This document shows, in pieces, positions 1 to 9,652 of a stretch of DNA of 64,000 bases (position 1 is the first letter of the stretch; each line of letters starts with the position of its first letter). Origin of the DNA: a virus (lineage: Duplodnaviria; Caudoviricetes). The translations under genes and the position numbers were made by a program. The DNA is taken from IMG/VR virus record IMGVR_UViG_3300020460_000012. The stretch is one strand, 5' to 3'. The notes under the pieces are model-generated. The model was not told where the DNA came from, did not search any database, and saw only the letters and a program-made list of their open reading frames with translations.

Positions 1-2
1 TT

Positions 3-533
3 TATGACACAAATTTACTAAAACAAAACATTAAGAATATACAAAATTGGGAGTACTATGGGTCAGGCAGAACTAGATTAGGTGTTGTGCTTTCTGACAA
101 AGATACAATAAAGCATATAGCTTCCAAATTCAATAAACCTAAAGATATAATTTATAAAATAGAATCAAACTGTATACATCCATACGAAAGAGTGTTACCT
201 CATACTGATCACGATAGAAGAGTAACATGTAATATTCCAGTAAGTGGTGATTTTGATAATAGCTTTGTTAAGTTTTATGCTAATAATACTACTGGATCTG
301 CAATACCTGTTGCACCCAACACTACAAAACCTAACACTGCAAAGAGATATGATAATGCAGAAATGTTAGGAAAAGTTAGTTACACAAAACCTATTTGTTT
401 TGATACGCAAAATATACATGGTGTAGATAATCTAACAAAAGAAATACGTTATATTATTACTATATCATTTCGGCTAGATCTAAGCTATGAAAATATATTA
501 AATATGTACAACAATGGAGATCTGCTTAAATGA
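3..533 (+). CDS. 2OG-Fe(II)/cupin-type oxygenase-like protein, 5' partial
   Basis: Frame is open from base 3 to the stop at 533. It has HTD...H iron-ligand spacing and a C-terminal RYIITISF strand typical of double-stranded beta-helix oxygenases. Confidence 0.6.
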   Translation, partial: YDTNLLKQNIKNIQNWEYYGSGRTRLGVVLSDKDTIKHIASKFNKPKDIIYKIESNCIHPYERVLPHTDHDRRVTCNIPVSGDFDNSFVKFYANNTTGSAIPVAPNTTKPNTAKRYDNAEMLGKVSYTKPICFDTQNIHGVDNLTKEIRYIITISFRLDLSYENILNMYNNGDLLK

Positions 534-1222
534 TTCAAGGATATGAAATAATCAAAAATTGCTTTGATCCTGTTGATCTTGCAAAGTGTAGTCAAGATCT
601 TCTTGATAGGAAAGAAGATTCGTATATCTATGAACATGATGGTAGTATAAGGAGTGTGTTTGCACCACATTGGTATAATAAAAATGTTGAAAAGTTTGTG
701 TATAATAATCCTGCAATTCCTCGTATAAAAGAATTAATAGCAGATGAAATATATGTGCATCAAGTACATTTTAATTACAAATTAGCAGGTGTAGGCGGAG
801 AATATGCATGGCATAGCGATTATACATTTTGGCATTACTATGATGGCATGCCCAATCCAAACGCTATAAGTGCCCTGTATCTTTTGGACGACATGACAGA
901 TGAAAATGGACCATTAGAAGTAAAGATTAATAGTCATAAAGGACCAGTCCAAAAACCTCCAAAAGGGGAGTGGACTATAAAGCATGACAGTAAGGAACTA
1001 CCTATAAAAACACCGTCTAAGACTGCATATAAGCGTCATACAGTGCTTGGCAAAGCTGGTGATGTAGTTTTGATGCATGCTAATTTACTACACGCTAGCA
1101 AGGCAAATAAGAGCCATAAAAACCGAAAAGTGCTATTTATATGCTATAATTCGCTAAAAAACGCCACGACAGAGGCGTTAAGACCTGGTTATATTACCCT
1201 AAAAAATTTTAAGACTGTTTAG
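530..1222 (+). CDS. Phytanoyl-CoA dioxygenase family (EctD-like) hydroxylase
   Basis: WHSDYTFWHYYDGMP, NGPLEV..NSH and distal MHANLLHAS motifs match the PhyH/EctD family. Confidence 0.8.
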   Translation: MIQGYEIIKNCFDPVDLAKCSQDLLDRKEDSYIYEHDGSIRSVFAPHWYNKNVEKFVYNNPAIPRIKELIADEIYVHQVHFNYKLAGVGGEYAWHSDYTFWHYYDGMPNPNAISALYLLDDMTDENGPLEVKINSHKGPVQKPPKGEWTIKHDSKELPIKTPSKTAYKRHTVLGKAGDVVLMHANLLHASKANKSHKNRKVLFICYNSLKNATTEALRPGYITLKNFKTV

Positions 1223-2345
1223 TAATGTTGATGTGTGTTAGTACGTTTTCGTACTTTATCTCGGCATTTAAGAGCCTTTTATCAGTGGTGATTGCATAGC
1301 CATTTAAGCCTACAAGTAAGTCCAAACGCCTTAAGTATTGTTGTTGATTTGGTAGTTTGAGCTCATCATATTCTACTCCAGGACGCATAGATACTTTATA
1401 TTTTCCTTTTCCTAAGTTAAAATATCTAAATACCACTGCTTTATCAAGCTTAATTTTTTCTTTTGTCTTATGTACAATACTATCCATTAATATTCTATTA
1501 TAATTACAATTGGCAGAATATTTTATTATAGTTTGTCCACTTGTACTTAATCTTGGACTAAAGTCTACAAGATATGGAACATTATCACGGACTACAAAAT
1601 CAGCCATAAAAGGACCATTATTATAGTCTAAGCTTTCGCACATAATCTTGCAATAATTTCCTATATCACACTGTACAGACGTATCTACTTTGCTAGGCCA
1701 AGTAAACCCTGTTTCAGCTCTAAACGGAAGATCACTAATTTCTATGTCATATATACAGTCTAAAATATATTCTCCATCTACTATTCTGCCTGATACACTT
1801 ACAGTTGGCCCTTCAATAAACTCTTGGTATATGTAATGGGAGTTTAGATCATTATAATGTATATCATCCAAAAAGTATCTATATTCACTCCAATTGTTTA
1901 ACACTTTGATACCGATCCCGCCAGTGCCGTTAGCAGGTTTTGCTACCACAGGAAATTGTCTTCTTAGTTTTAAATGGGTTATTGGTACAGGTATACCAAT
2001 ATTATATGCATGGTTAGTATAATTTTCTTTACTACTTAATATATCACATTGCTGTTTGTTAATACCTACTAGATCATGAATATATGGCAACATCATATCA
2101 TTATACAAAGGAAAAATATAATCAATTTTGTGTGTAGATATAATTTCTCTAAGTTGATTTGCAAGTTCCTTTCTATCATCGGTGCTAATAATAAAATTAG
2201 GAATTTTATCTGGTACAGTAGGTAGTAGTTTGTCTAAAAAATCACTTACATGTGTCTGCCATGTATATAACTTATAATTGTTTAGTTCTTGTGTAGTGTA
2301 TCTTAAATTATCACTTTGATAGTTTATAATTACTTTAGGAGCCAT
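1209..2345 (-). CDS. ATP-grasp ligase (amino-acid/peptide ligase type)
   Basis: FPVVAKPANGTGGIGI, YQEFIEGPTVSV and ADFVV..VDFSPRL ATP-grasp motifs. Confidence 0.8.
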   Translation of the reverse strand: MAPKVIINYQSDNLRYTTQELNNYKLYTWQTHVSDFLDKLLPTVPDKIPNFIISTDDRKELANQLREIISTHKIDYIFPLYNDMMLPYIHDLVGINKQQCDILSSKENYTNHAYNIGIPVPITHLKLRRQFPVVAKPANGTGGIGIKVLNNWSEYRYFLDDIHYNDLNSHYIYQEFIEGPTVSVSGRIVDGEYILDCIYDIEISDLPFRAETGFTWPSKVDTSVQCDIGNYCKIMCESLDYNNGPFMADFVVRDNVPYLVDFSPRLSTSGQTIIKYSANCNYNRILMDSIVHKTKEKIKLDKAVVFRYFNLGKGKYKVSMRPGVEYDELKLPNQQQYLRRLDLLVGLNGYAITTDKRLLNAEIKYENVLTHINITKQS

Positions 2346-2946
2346 ATGTAACCTTATCCCTCATAAATGTGTTCATATAGTGAAATTTCATACTAACAAA
2401 TCTTATTGTTACATCATACGGTAAAGGCTTACCTCCTAAGCAATGATCATACAATTTGTTTCCAGTCATATGTCCTGCTTTTACATATGCGGCATCTGTA
2501 ATATTATATTTTTCATCGTACAATTTACCCATCTTATCACCAAACTTTGATACATTTTGTCCTTGTAGTTGATTGCTTCCTTTTTTACTTACATTGTCTA
2601 TGTCAAATTTTCTAATCCAAAAAGCACCCCACTTTCCTCTTTCTTCACAATCGTCTATTTGGAACTTTACAAGTTTCGATATATTTTTTATATTAGTAAA
2701 ATGACTTTGATCCCGTCTTGCTAGCAAAGTATCAGTAGTAGTCCAAGGCATATTAGGCAAGTTGTTGTTTGCAATTACTGCTTGTATTTCATCGTCATGT
2801 ATAGATGCATATACATTTCTATCATCTGCAATGTATTTTACATTTTGCCATTGTGGATCTTTTTGCAGTGAGTGTAATTCAATTTGCGTATTAATAAATT
2901 TATAAAACATTTCTTTATGTTCGAAAGTTAGTTTAACACACTTCAT
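2335..2946 (-). CDS. Hypothetical protein (possibly acyltransferase/GNAT-like)
   Basis: 203-aa ORF coupled to both neighbours. The fold guess is weak. Confidence 0.5.
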   Translation of the reverse strand: MKCVKLTFEHKEMFYKFINTQIELHSLQKDPQWQNVKYIADDRNVYASIHDDEIQAVIANNNLPNMPWTTTDTLLARRDQSHFTNIKNISKLVKFQIDDCEERGKWGAFWIRKFDIDNVSKKGSNQLQGQNVSKFGDKMGKLYDEKYNITDAAYVKAGHMTGNKLYDHCLGGKPLPYDVTIRFVSMKFHYMNTFMRDKVTYGS

Positions 2947-3881
2947 TAGTATCCGCCTTCATTTCTTAATACATGTTCGAAGAAAGGAGCTACAGTCCAA
3001 TTTTCAGTTAATCTACCCCTATTAGGATTATCATGGTCAACAACACCGTCGTCATTTACAGACCAATCTACTAATCGAATTAAGATAGTACCTATTCTTG
3101 TTTTATATTCAAACATTCTACTAGTCATTCTATCGCCATCTTGCGGACCTGCTTTAACTACTCCACTACTTGTTTCAAAAATATTTTCTTTTTTTACTCC
3201 TAGTTCTTTTACAGCTAAGTCCATTAGTTCTTCCATTGAATAACTACTATCTTGCATATGTCTACCAATAAGTCCTACACTTTTCATACGAAGCACAGGT
3301 GTTATTCTATTATAAGGAGCAGTAGTATTAAAATTTATTCCACTTTTTTCTGCAAGATCAGTGAAAACTTCTACTTGTCTACGCATTGTCCTTTCATTTA
3401 CACCTTTTGCAATAATTGTTCCTGTATTCACAGGTAATCTAGCATCGAAAATATTTTTTAAAGCTCTTACTTTTGCAGTCGCCCATTTACCTTCATCTAG
3501 TATTTTATAAACTTCGTCGTCGTCTGCACCATTCATTGAATGTAATAATAAACGCAATCCAGCATCTTTTAATTTTTGAACATATTCTGGTCTTGCTAGT
3601 TTCAGTCCATTAGTTGTTACACTAGGTCTGTGACCGTATTTTTTAACTGCGGTAATTATTTCTGGTAGATCTTCACGCATAGTAGGTTCTGCTCCGATAA
3701 TACGTATGTAAGATCTAAAAGGTAATCGCTGTAAAAAATCAAATAGTTTATGTTTGTCTAAATCAGGTATATTCCGATTAGGAATATAACAGTTAGCACA
3801 TTCCATTTGACATTTATGTGTAATATCAACTACAATATTAGAAAAGGTATTGTTTTCTGGTTGAAGTTCGAAATACTTCAT
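2946..3881 (-). CDS. Radical SAM enzyme (MoaA-like N-terminus, no SPASM domain)
   Basis: CQMECANC (CxxxCxxC) and IIGAEPT motifs. Start moved to the ATG at 3881, directly after the upstream stop. Confidence 0.85.
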   Translation of the reverse strand: MKYFELQPENNTFSNIVVDITHKCQMECANCYIPNRNIPDLDKHKLFDFLQRLPFRSYIRIIGAEPTMREDLPEIITAVKKYGHRPSVTTNGLKLARPEYVQKLKDAGLRLLLHSMNGADDDEVYKILDEGKWATAKVRALKNIFDARLPVNTGTIIAKGVNERTMRRQVEVFTDLAEKSGINFNTTAPYNRITPVLRMKSVGLIGRHMQDSSYSMEELMDLAVKELGVKKENIFETSSGVVKAGPQDGDRMTSRMFEYKTRIGTILIRLVDWSVNDDGVVDHDNPNRGRLTENWTVAPFFEHVLRNEGGY

Positions 3882-3882
3882 A

Positions 3883-4581
3883 CTAGATCCAGAACTGCAC
3901 TCGCCACAGTGTTCTCGATCCAGTAAAAGCATGGCGTCTATGCATTACTCTTATATTATCGTAAATAAGGATATCATTTGGTTCCCATTGATGTTCATAT
4001 ATATTCTTCTCACAATGTGTAATTAAATGACTTACATCTATATCAGTTTGTAGTGAACCAGGACTAAAGTATAAAACTTTATCTCCAGTGATATGATGTG
4101 TATGTGCAAATTTTCTTGTTTGCTTGCGTTTTTCTAGTATTCTTTTTTGTTGTTCAGTAAAACAATAGTTGTATGCATCTGGAGGAAAATAAGTACCTTC
4201 TTGATCTTCTAATTCTTGTTTGTTAGGATAAGTTTGGTATGCATCTTTCATATCTACAAAATCTGTAGTGCTTTTTTCTCCGTTTAATTTATTGTAGAGC
4301 ATTGTACCAAAATAATTTCCTCTACCATAACTCCAATCATTATGCCATTCTACATCTCCGTCTATAAAAAGATCTGTCTCACTAACAATTTGTATGGTGT
4401 TATTTTTATTTAAAACATGATTTTTTGTATGAACTAGTTTACCTAAACGTGTTGACATTTGTTCATAGTCGGCAACACTTAGAGATCGATTGCCTTTGAA
4501 CACAATTAATCCGTATTTTAATAACTCTTCTTGTAAATTTAGTTTATCGAAGGCGGTGATGTCATATACTTTTGGGGTCAA
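3883..4581 (-). CDS. TauD/TfdA family 2OG-dependent dioxygenase
   Basis: WHND...QWEPNDILIYDNIRVMHRR motif. Likely TTG start at 4581 with AGGA upstream. Confidence 0.85.
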   Translation of the reverse strand: MTPKVYDITAFDKLNLQEELLKYGLIVFKGNRSLSVADYEQMSTRLGKLVHTKNHVLNKNNTIQIVSETDLFIDGDVEWHNDWSYGRGNYFGTMLYNKLNGEKSTTDFVDMKDAYQTYPNKQELEDQEGTYFPPDAYNYCFTEQQKRILEKRKQTRKFAHTHHITGDKVLYFSPGSLQTDIDVSHLITHCEKNIYEHQWEPNDILIYDNIRVMHRRHAFTGSRTLWRVQFWI

Positions 4582-4591
4582 GCTTTTAATC

Positions 4592-4933
4592 CTAATAAGT
4601 CGTTTTTTTACTAATTTTATTATACTTATCAGTGTGTATAACTGTAGCACCTTCAAAGTGAGGTGTTGTAGTATATGAAAGAATGACGCAAGGGTCACCT
4701 ATTTCGCCTAATCTAGCACCCCCGCCATTTAATTCGAATACTCCTTGGTCCCCTTTAATTACATAGGTACTCCATCGGTTGCCTGTGTTAAGATTAACTA
4801 CATCAACTTTTTGATATTGATCTATATTAGCTTCATCTAAAAGAACACTACAGATAGTAACACTACCATCATAGTGCAATGATTTATCAGTAACTATTAT
4901 ATTTTGGATTTTGGATTGGATATATTCTTTCAT
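4592..4933 (-). CDS. panD: Aspartate 1-decarboxylase (pyruvoyl-dependent)
   Basis: SK..LHYDGSV self-cleavage site, RWSTYVI and LNGGGARL all align to PanD. Confidence 0.9.
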   Translation of the reverse strand: MKEYIQSKIQNIIVTDKSLHYDGSVTICSVLLDEANIDQYQKVDVVNLNTGNRWSTYVIKGDQGVFELNGGGARLGEIGDPCVILSYTTTPHFEGATVIHTDKYNKISKKTTY

Positions 4934-4939
4934 AGTACT

Positions 4940-4968
4940 ATTGTACTACAAAGTATACAATATGTCAA
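4940..4968 (-). promoter_or_regulatory. Sigma70-like promoter, probably giving a leaderless panD transcript
   Basis: TTGACA-17 nt-TACAAT, with the ATG only 6 nt past the -10 box and no SD. Confidence 0.7.
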
Positions 4969-4972
4969 TCAA

Positions 4973-6511
4973 TTAGTGTAAAGCTACCCAAGCTGTTCCG
5001 TCATAACCTTGGAACTTAGCAGTACCTACGTGGAAAATTATCATACCTGCTTGAGGATTTGTTACAGCTGAATTTCTTGCCGCATCGTCTGCAAAGTTAG
5101 GAACTTTCACAGGACCTGTAAATGCCGCAGTTGAATCTATTGTACCAATGGATAGTACAACTTGTTGAGTACCGTCTGCCTTCGTATTATACATCTGTAT
5201 TGAAGCAGGTATATGTGTTGCTTGTGGAGCCGCATCTACTACAGATCTAATACCAGAAGCACCTTTGTATGCTGATCCGTTGTAACCAGCCATTCCGTAA
5301 CCACCTAACACATCACCTATTTGTACAGCAGTTGGAGCTGATTTTGTTCCTCTAGCTCTAAGTACTCCCATACTTGAACCAAAGCTACTATCATTTGCAT
5401 GTAGAATTGAAACAGGTATTGTACCTTCTGTAGCAGTGTCGTTATAAATTCTTAGTGTTTTACTTCCTACTGATGCTTGACTACTTCCAACTATTGTATT
5501 TCTTGGAAATTGTATTGTACCGTTAGCCGCCTCTGTTGAAATAATAAAGTTAGTACCAGTGCTATTTGTAACCAAGTACATAGTGTTAGGGTCAGTAAGT
5601 GTACCTAAATGTACATTCCTACCTTGTACACTTTCTGATTTTACTGGACCTGTTACATAACCTGATATACCATCAATCATAGTCGACGAATCATCTGCAA
5701 AAACTGAACCTTTAAAAGTACCATTATGGTCACCATTCGAAGTTCCGTTGAATGTGCCATTAAATGTAGCAGTTTTGCTGTCAACAATTCTAGTTGAATC
5801 TGTAGCAAATATATCACCTTGCACATCACCAAAAAACTGACCAGTGTCAGCTTCGAATATTTTTACAGTACCAGCCGCAACAGATGTGTAAATATCACCT
5901 TGGAAATTACCAATAAAATCTCCATTAAATCTTGCTAGATTTGGATCATATGCTACAGTTCCGTTATCGTGTTTTAATTTGAGTCCGTTTGCTGTCTTTT
6001 CGCTTGTATCAATAAGTGTGGTAATGGAATTAACTTTTAAATCACCGCCTACTACATCACCTACAATTGAGCTAGTAATATGGTCTACCAGTAAACTACT
6101 ATCTGAACCAACAATAGATAGCCTCATTTGGCTATCAACTAATGCACTAGCAACAAAATTTGTACCATCATGCAGTAAAATATCACCATTGTTTGGTTGC
6201 CCATCTGGATAAAGTATATCAGTGTGTTGGTTGGCGTTACCAAATGATACTGATTCAAGGTTTGTAGGTCTCCAGTCTGCTGTACCGCCGTTATATGCTA
6301 AAACCTGTCCATTTGAAACTGTACCAACTGTAACATCTGAAAGGCTATTAAGGTTGCCACCACCGGCACCACCTTGTACTATATTACCGCCAGCAGTAGT
6401 TCCATCACCTATGTAAAGTGCTTTTGTATCAGTGGTGTAGATAAGCTCACCCGCTTTAGGCGTGATAAGCTGACGTTCTGCGTTAGTACCTCGTCTTAGC
6501 CTTAATGCCAT
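4973..6511 (-). CDS. Tail fibre/structural protein with Mtd-like N-terminal domain
   Basis: N-terminal LRLRRGT..GELIYTTDTKALYIGDG motif, Gly/Thr/Asp-rich repeats and a C-terminal GYDGTAWVALH. Confidence 0.7.
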   Translation of the reverse strand: MALRLRRGTNAERQLITPKAGELIYTTDTKALYIGDGTTAGGNIVQGGAGGGNLNSLSDVTVGTVSNGQVLAYNGGTADWRPTNLESVSFGNANQHTDILYPDGQPNNGDILLHDGTNFVASALVDSQMRLSIVGSDSSLLVDHITSSIVGDVVGGDLKVNSITTLIDTSEKTANGLKLKHDNGTVAYDPNLARFNGDFIGNFQGDIYTSVAAGTVKIFEADTGQFFGDVQGDIFATDSTRIVDSKTATFNGTFNGTSNGDHNGTFKGSVFADDSSTMIDGISGYVTGPVKSESVQGRNVHLGTLTDPNTMYLVTNSTGTNFIISTEAANGTIQFPRNTIVGSSQASVGSKTLRIYNDTATEGTIPVSILHANDSSFGSSMGVLRARGTKSAPTAVQIGDVLGGYGMAGYNGSAYKGASGIRSVVDAAPQATHIPASIQMYNTKADGTQQVVLSIGTIDSTAAFTGPVKVPNFADDAARNSAVTNPQAGMIIFHVGTAKFQGYDGTAWVALH

Positions 6512-6544
6512 GTTAATAACTCCTGGATCTTCATTTCTTATTAG

Positions 6545-6552
6545 TATTTATA
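6545..6552 (-). promoter_or_regulatory. T4-like late promoter motif TATAAATA
   Basis: Exact TATAAATA upstream of a structural gene. Confidence 0.55.
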
Positions 6553-6578
6553 CCTTTTTAGAGATAAACTTCGTTTAA

Positions 6579-6893
6579 TTATTTACGCTTCATAAAAGTT
6601 TTTGTTTGGGTTTTGACATCATTTACTAGACTAGGAGTATCTAGCTTAAATTCAACATATTGAATCATTTCGTTGTATTCTTTAAAAAAGGTATTTAGAG
6701 TCTCCTCTAACGACATCATGCCGGATTTGCCAGCAGTTTTATTTTTGTCGATGTCTATATCCCACTTTTTACCGTCAGTAAATGTTACTTGCACACTTAC
6801 TATGTATTTGACAGGAATAGCTTTTAGTTCGACATGTTCGAAAACTTCTGGCCAATAATCAACTACTTCTGCTGGTAGACGATTCTTAGACAC
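6579..6893 (-). CDS. Hypothetical protein
   Basis: 104-aa ORF coupled within the operon. Confidence 0.7.
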   Translation of the reverse strand: MSKNRLPAEVVDYWPEVFEHVELKAIPVKYIVSVQVTFTDGKKWDIDIDKNKTAGKSGMMSLEETLNTFFKEYNEMIQYVEFKLDTPSLVNDVKTQTKTFMKRK

Positions 6894-7488
6894 TCTCGAG
6901 AGACTTCTTAGAAGACTTCTTCTTGGTAGGAACCAGCTCTTCTGCTTGCTCTCTTAGTCTCTTTGCTTCTTTAAACAAAGAATCAGCTTGTGAACGATAT
7001 TGTGCGGCTAAATCATCATCGCTTAGTACACCATCGTTGTCTGCTGGTTGGTTGACAGGCGTAGCTTCTTGTACAGGAGCCTCTTCAGATCCGCTTGTTT
7101 CTTCTGGGGCCTTAAGTGCTAAATCAGCTACAGTTACACCTTTTTGTTCTGCAATTATCTTGTTTAGTTCTGCAAGATTTACAACATCATTAGTTGTAGG
7201 AGTCATTTCAACTGTATCACTAGGAACTTTCATCATCTTTCCTTGTGTATGAAATCTTGCAAGCATATTTGAACCATCTGGTAGCATAGTTCTTGCCATT
7301 ACAGTTGCAAATTCGTCAGCTTCTTGTCCAGCCGATCCCTCTACAGTTTTAATTAATGTGTCGTGTTCTTCAGCCGCCAAACTTTGTGTTTGTACAATGA
7401 CACTTTGGTCAGCTTCACCAGGTACTACCCTGTAAGCTACTATCACCTTACTTTGATTGTTGGCCATTCGGCCTACATGTTTTAACAT
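6886..7488 (-). CDS. Hypothetical protein
   Basis: 200-aa ORF with AGGAG SD and a coiled-coil C-terminus. Confidence 0.75.
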   Translation of the reverse strand: MLKHVGRMANNQSKVIVAYRVVPGEADQSVIVQTQSLAAEEHDTLIKTVEGSAGQEADEFATVMARTMLPDGSNMLARFHTQGKMMKVPSDTVEMTPTTNDVVNLAELNKIIAEQKGVTVADLALKAPEETSGSEEAPVQEATPVNQPADNDGVLSDDDLAAQYRSQADSLFKEAKRLREQAEELVPTKKKSSKKSLESV

Positions 7489-7498
7489 ATTTTTCTCC

Positions 7499-7783
7499 TT
7501 AAGATGCCGGTTGCTGAGGCTGTTGTTGTGCTACTGCTTGAAGGAAAGTTTCTAACTTTTGATAAGTTTGTCCAACAGTTACCATTTCGTTAGGTCTAAA
7601 AGCACCTCGCTGACTAGCAACATCAATAATACTTTTAATAGACTGCAAATCCTGAACGGTTAAATCAGGTCCGGCTTGAGCCTCAGGTGCCGCTTCAGAT
7701 GGTGTACCTACAGGCTCACCAGCAAGTGCAGTTGCCGCATCTGCCGCGTCTACTGAATCATTTTTTGCTTCATTATCGCTCAT
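7499..7783 (-). CDS. Hypothetical protein
   Basis: 94-aa ORF with AGGAG SD. Confidence 0.7.
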   Translation of the reverse strand: MSDNEAKNDSVDAADAATALAGEPVGTPSEAAPEAQAGPDLTVQDLQSIKSIIDVASQRGAFRPNEMVTVGQTYQKLETFLQAVAQQQPQQPAS

Positions 7784-7820
7784 AATTTTTTCTCCTATAT
7801 AATTAATTATGTTAAATTTA

Positions 7821-8102
7821 TTATGAGTACTTTAAATGTGGACAAGCTAACATAAAGTAACTCATATCTCTATTTTCTTCAAACCCAACAGTAATTATCT
7901 GAGAAAGTTTGTTGTCTTTGTCTAAAGTGACTTTGCGTCCAACGTAATATCTGTTCTTAACATTAGATTGAATCCATTTACTTAGACTTGTTTCTAGGTT
8001 GTATTTTAATGGTAAGTCAACGTATTCAAAATAAGGCACAGGTGATTTTACCTGCCTAATGTTGAAAACATTAAACGGATTAGGTTTTTTATCTTTTATC
8101 AT
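7821..8102 (-). CDS. Hypothetical protein
   Basis: 93-aa ORF with ATGA overlap to the upstream gene. Confidence 0.65.
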   Translation of the reverse strand: MIKDKKPNPFNVFNIRQVKSPVPYFEYVDLPLKYNLETSLSKWIQSNVKNRYYVGRKVTLDKDNKLSQIITVGFEENRDMSYFMLACPHLKYS

Positions 8103-9544
8103 GCGGCTTCTTCATAGTGTGCAGTTATACCAAAAGGTGCCTGCAAGTTTTTATCTCTGTTACTATGGATTACAAATACAGTTTCACAGTAGTCTTCTTC
8201 TCCCCAAGAATCCCATGCATATCCATCTGTAAACATAAGAAGTTTTTTAGGAACAATATTGTGTTCTTTCATGTAGGTCCAATTTACCATAAAGTCGGTG
8301 CCACCACCGCCGTGTACTTCATAGTCCTCTAAGCTTTCTCCGCCATCTGCACTGAAGTCTGCTTCATTGTATACTTCAGTGTCAAAGCACCACAATTTAA
8401 TATTGTAGTCTCTGTATTCATCCATAATACCTTTTACTTCACCTAAAAAATCTTTAGCCTGATCGTTGCCAATTGAACCTGACATATCAATACAGATGCA
8501 CAAATCAATAGTTTCTTGAAAATTCATTCCAGGAAGTATAGCACCAGTATGCCATCCCTTCCTACCAGGACGACTAAAAGTGTAATCATCACGTATAGTA
8601 GATTGTATTTGTTGACGTAGTATTTCACGCCAGTTCATTTTAGGTTCTGTAAACTCTTTTATCATACGTTCAACACCTGCAGGAACATTACCAGCACCTG
8701 CACTCTGTGCCGCCGAGATCATGTTTTCTTTAATCTCGTCACGTATCTTTCTAAGCTCTTCTTTACTGTATGAAGGTCGACCTTTTCCTTTAGTAGGCTC
8801 ACCGTCTCCACTATTAGCACTAGGTGCTTGTCCTTGTTGATCTTCGTTAGGATCTTTACTCCAGTCAACATGCTCATCAAGAAGTTCGCCTAGTTGTTTA
8901 AGTTCTTCTTCATCAAATTTTTGTTCAAGATCATCATATACTTCTTCAGAAGTCCAATTTTCATATTTAAAATCTTGGTAACAATCAATTATCTTAGGCT
9001 TCTCTCCAATACCTTCACGTACCAAAAGATTATTTACAATATAATCACATGCAATATTATAAAGCATTGCATCTCTATCTTCACGTCTTAAAAGGTGATC
9101 AAATACACAATGTAATATTTCGTGTGCAATAACAAATTCAATCTCACGATTGTTTAGAGCATTAAAAAACTGTGTGTTAAAATATAAGTTCCTACCATCT
9201 ACTGCGGCTGTAGGACACCAATCATCTGCAGGTACAATTCTAAGGCGTGTAGCCATATTGCCAAAGAAAGGATGCCTTAGTAGTAAACCTACACGGGCAA
9301 CAATAATGCGATCTTGTACATCTTCTCGCATTAATTTTAATTCTTCTTCAGTAAGATCTGGATTAGGCTTCCAATTCTTTTTGCCTATTTGCTCTCTGAC
9401 ACCATTTAACACTCTGCCCATATCAACGTTTTTACCTATTTTTGGAATAGGTGCATTTGAGTTTGGGTCTTCATTTAATGCATGATTAGTGATATGCTCA
9501 ATCATTGCATTTTCTTCTTGAATTTGTTTTTGTGTCAGTGCCAT
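8099..9544 (-). CDS. Metallopeptidase-like (HExxH) plus vWA domain protein
   Basis: AHEILHC zinc motif and DMSGS MIDAS motif, plus GGGTDF and FTDG. Confidence 0.9.
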   Translation of the reverse strand: MALTQKQIQEENAMIEHITNHALNEDPNSNAPIPKIGKNVDMGRVLNGVREQIGKKNWKPNPDLTEEELKLMREDVQDRIIVARVGLLLRHPFFGNMATRLRIVPADDWCPTAAVDGRNLYFNTQFFNALNNREIEFVIAHEILHCVFDHLLRREDRDAMLYNIACDYIVNNLLVREGIGEKPKIIDCYQDFKYENWTSEEVYDDLEQKFDEEELKQLGELLDEHVDWSKDPNEDQQGQAPSANSGDGEPTKGKGRPSYSKEELRKIRDEIKENMISAAQSAGAGNVPAGVERMIKEFTEPKMNWREILRQQIQSTIRDDYTFSRPGRKGWHTGAILPGMNFQETIDLCICIDMSGSIGNDQAKDFLGEVKGIMDEYRDYNIKLWCFDTEVYNEADFSADGGESLEDYEVHGGGGTDFMVNWTYMKEHNIVPKKLLMFTDGYAWDSWGEEDYCETVFVIHSNRDKNLQAPFGITAHYEEAA

Positions 9545-9579
9545 TGTGCCTATACCCTCTTTTCTAACTTTATATACAT

Positions 9580-9607
9580 ATTATAACATATTTAACAAGT
9601 TTGTCAA
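9580..9607 (-). promoter_or_regulatory. Sigma70-like promoter
   Basis: TTGACA-16-TATAAT with extended TGn. Confidence 0.7.
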
Positions 9608-9611
9608 CCAG

Positions 9612-9646
9612 AAAAATGGAGAGCGGATACATAATACCCGCCCTCC
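9612..9646 (-). terminator. Intrinsic terminator after the MoxR-like gene
   Basis: GGAGGGCGGGTA/TATCCGCTCTCC stem (G-U pairs) followed by a T tract. Confidence 0.7.
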
Positions 9647-9652
9647 TAGCTA

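Noticed and set aside
530-1222. Calling the gene ectD
   Set aside because: The signature differs at several EctD-specific positions and no ectoine genes are present.
2946-3881. Radical SAM enzyme as PqqE partner of the phage PqqA
   Set aside because: It lacks the C-terminal SPASM cysteines of PqqE, has no PqqD neighbour and lies 43 kb away.
4973-6511. Diversity-generating retroelement target (Mtd-like N-terminus)
   Set aside because: No reverse transcriptase, no TR/VR repeat pair and no C-type lectin-like C-terminus seen in the window.
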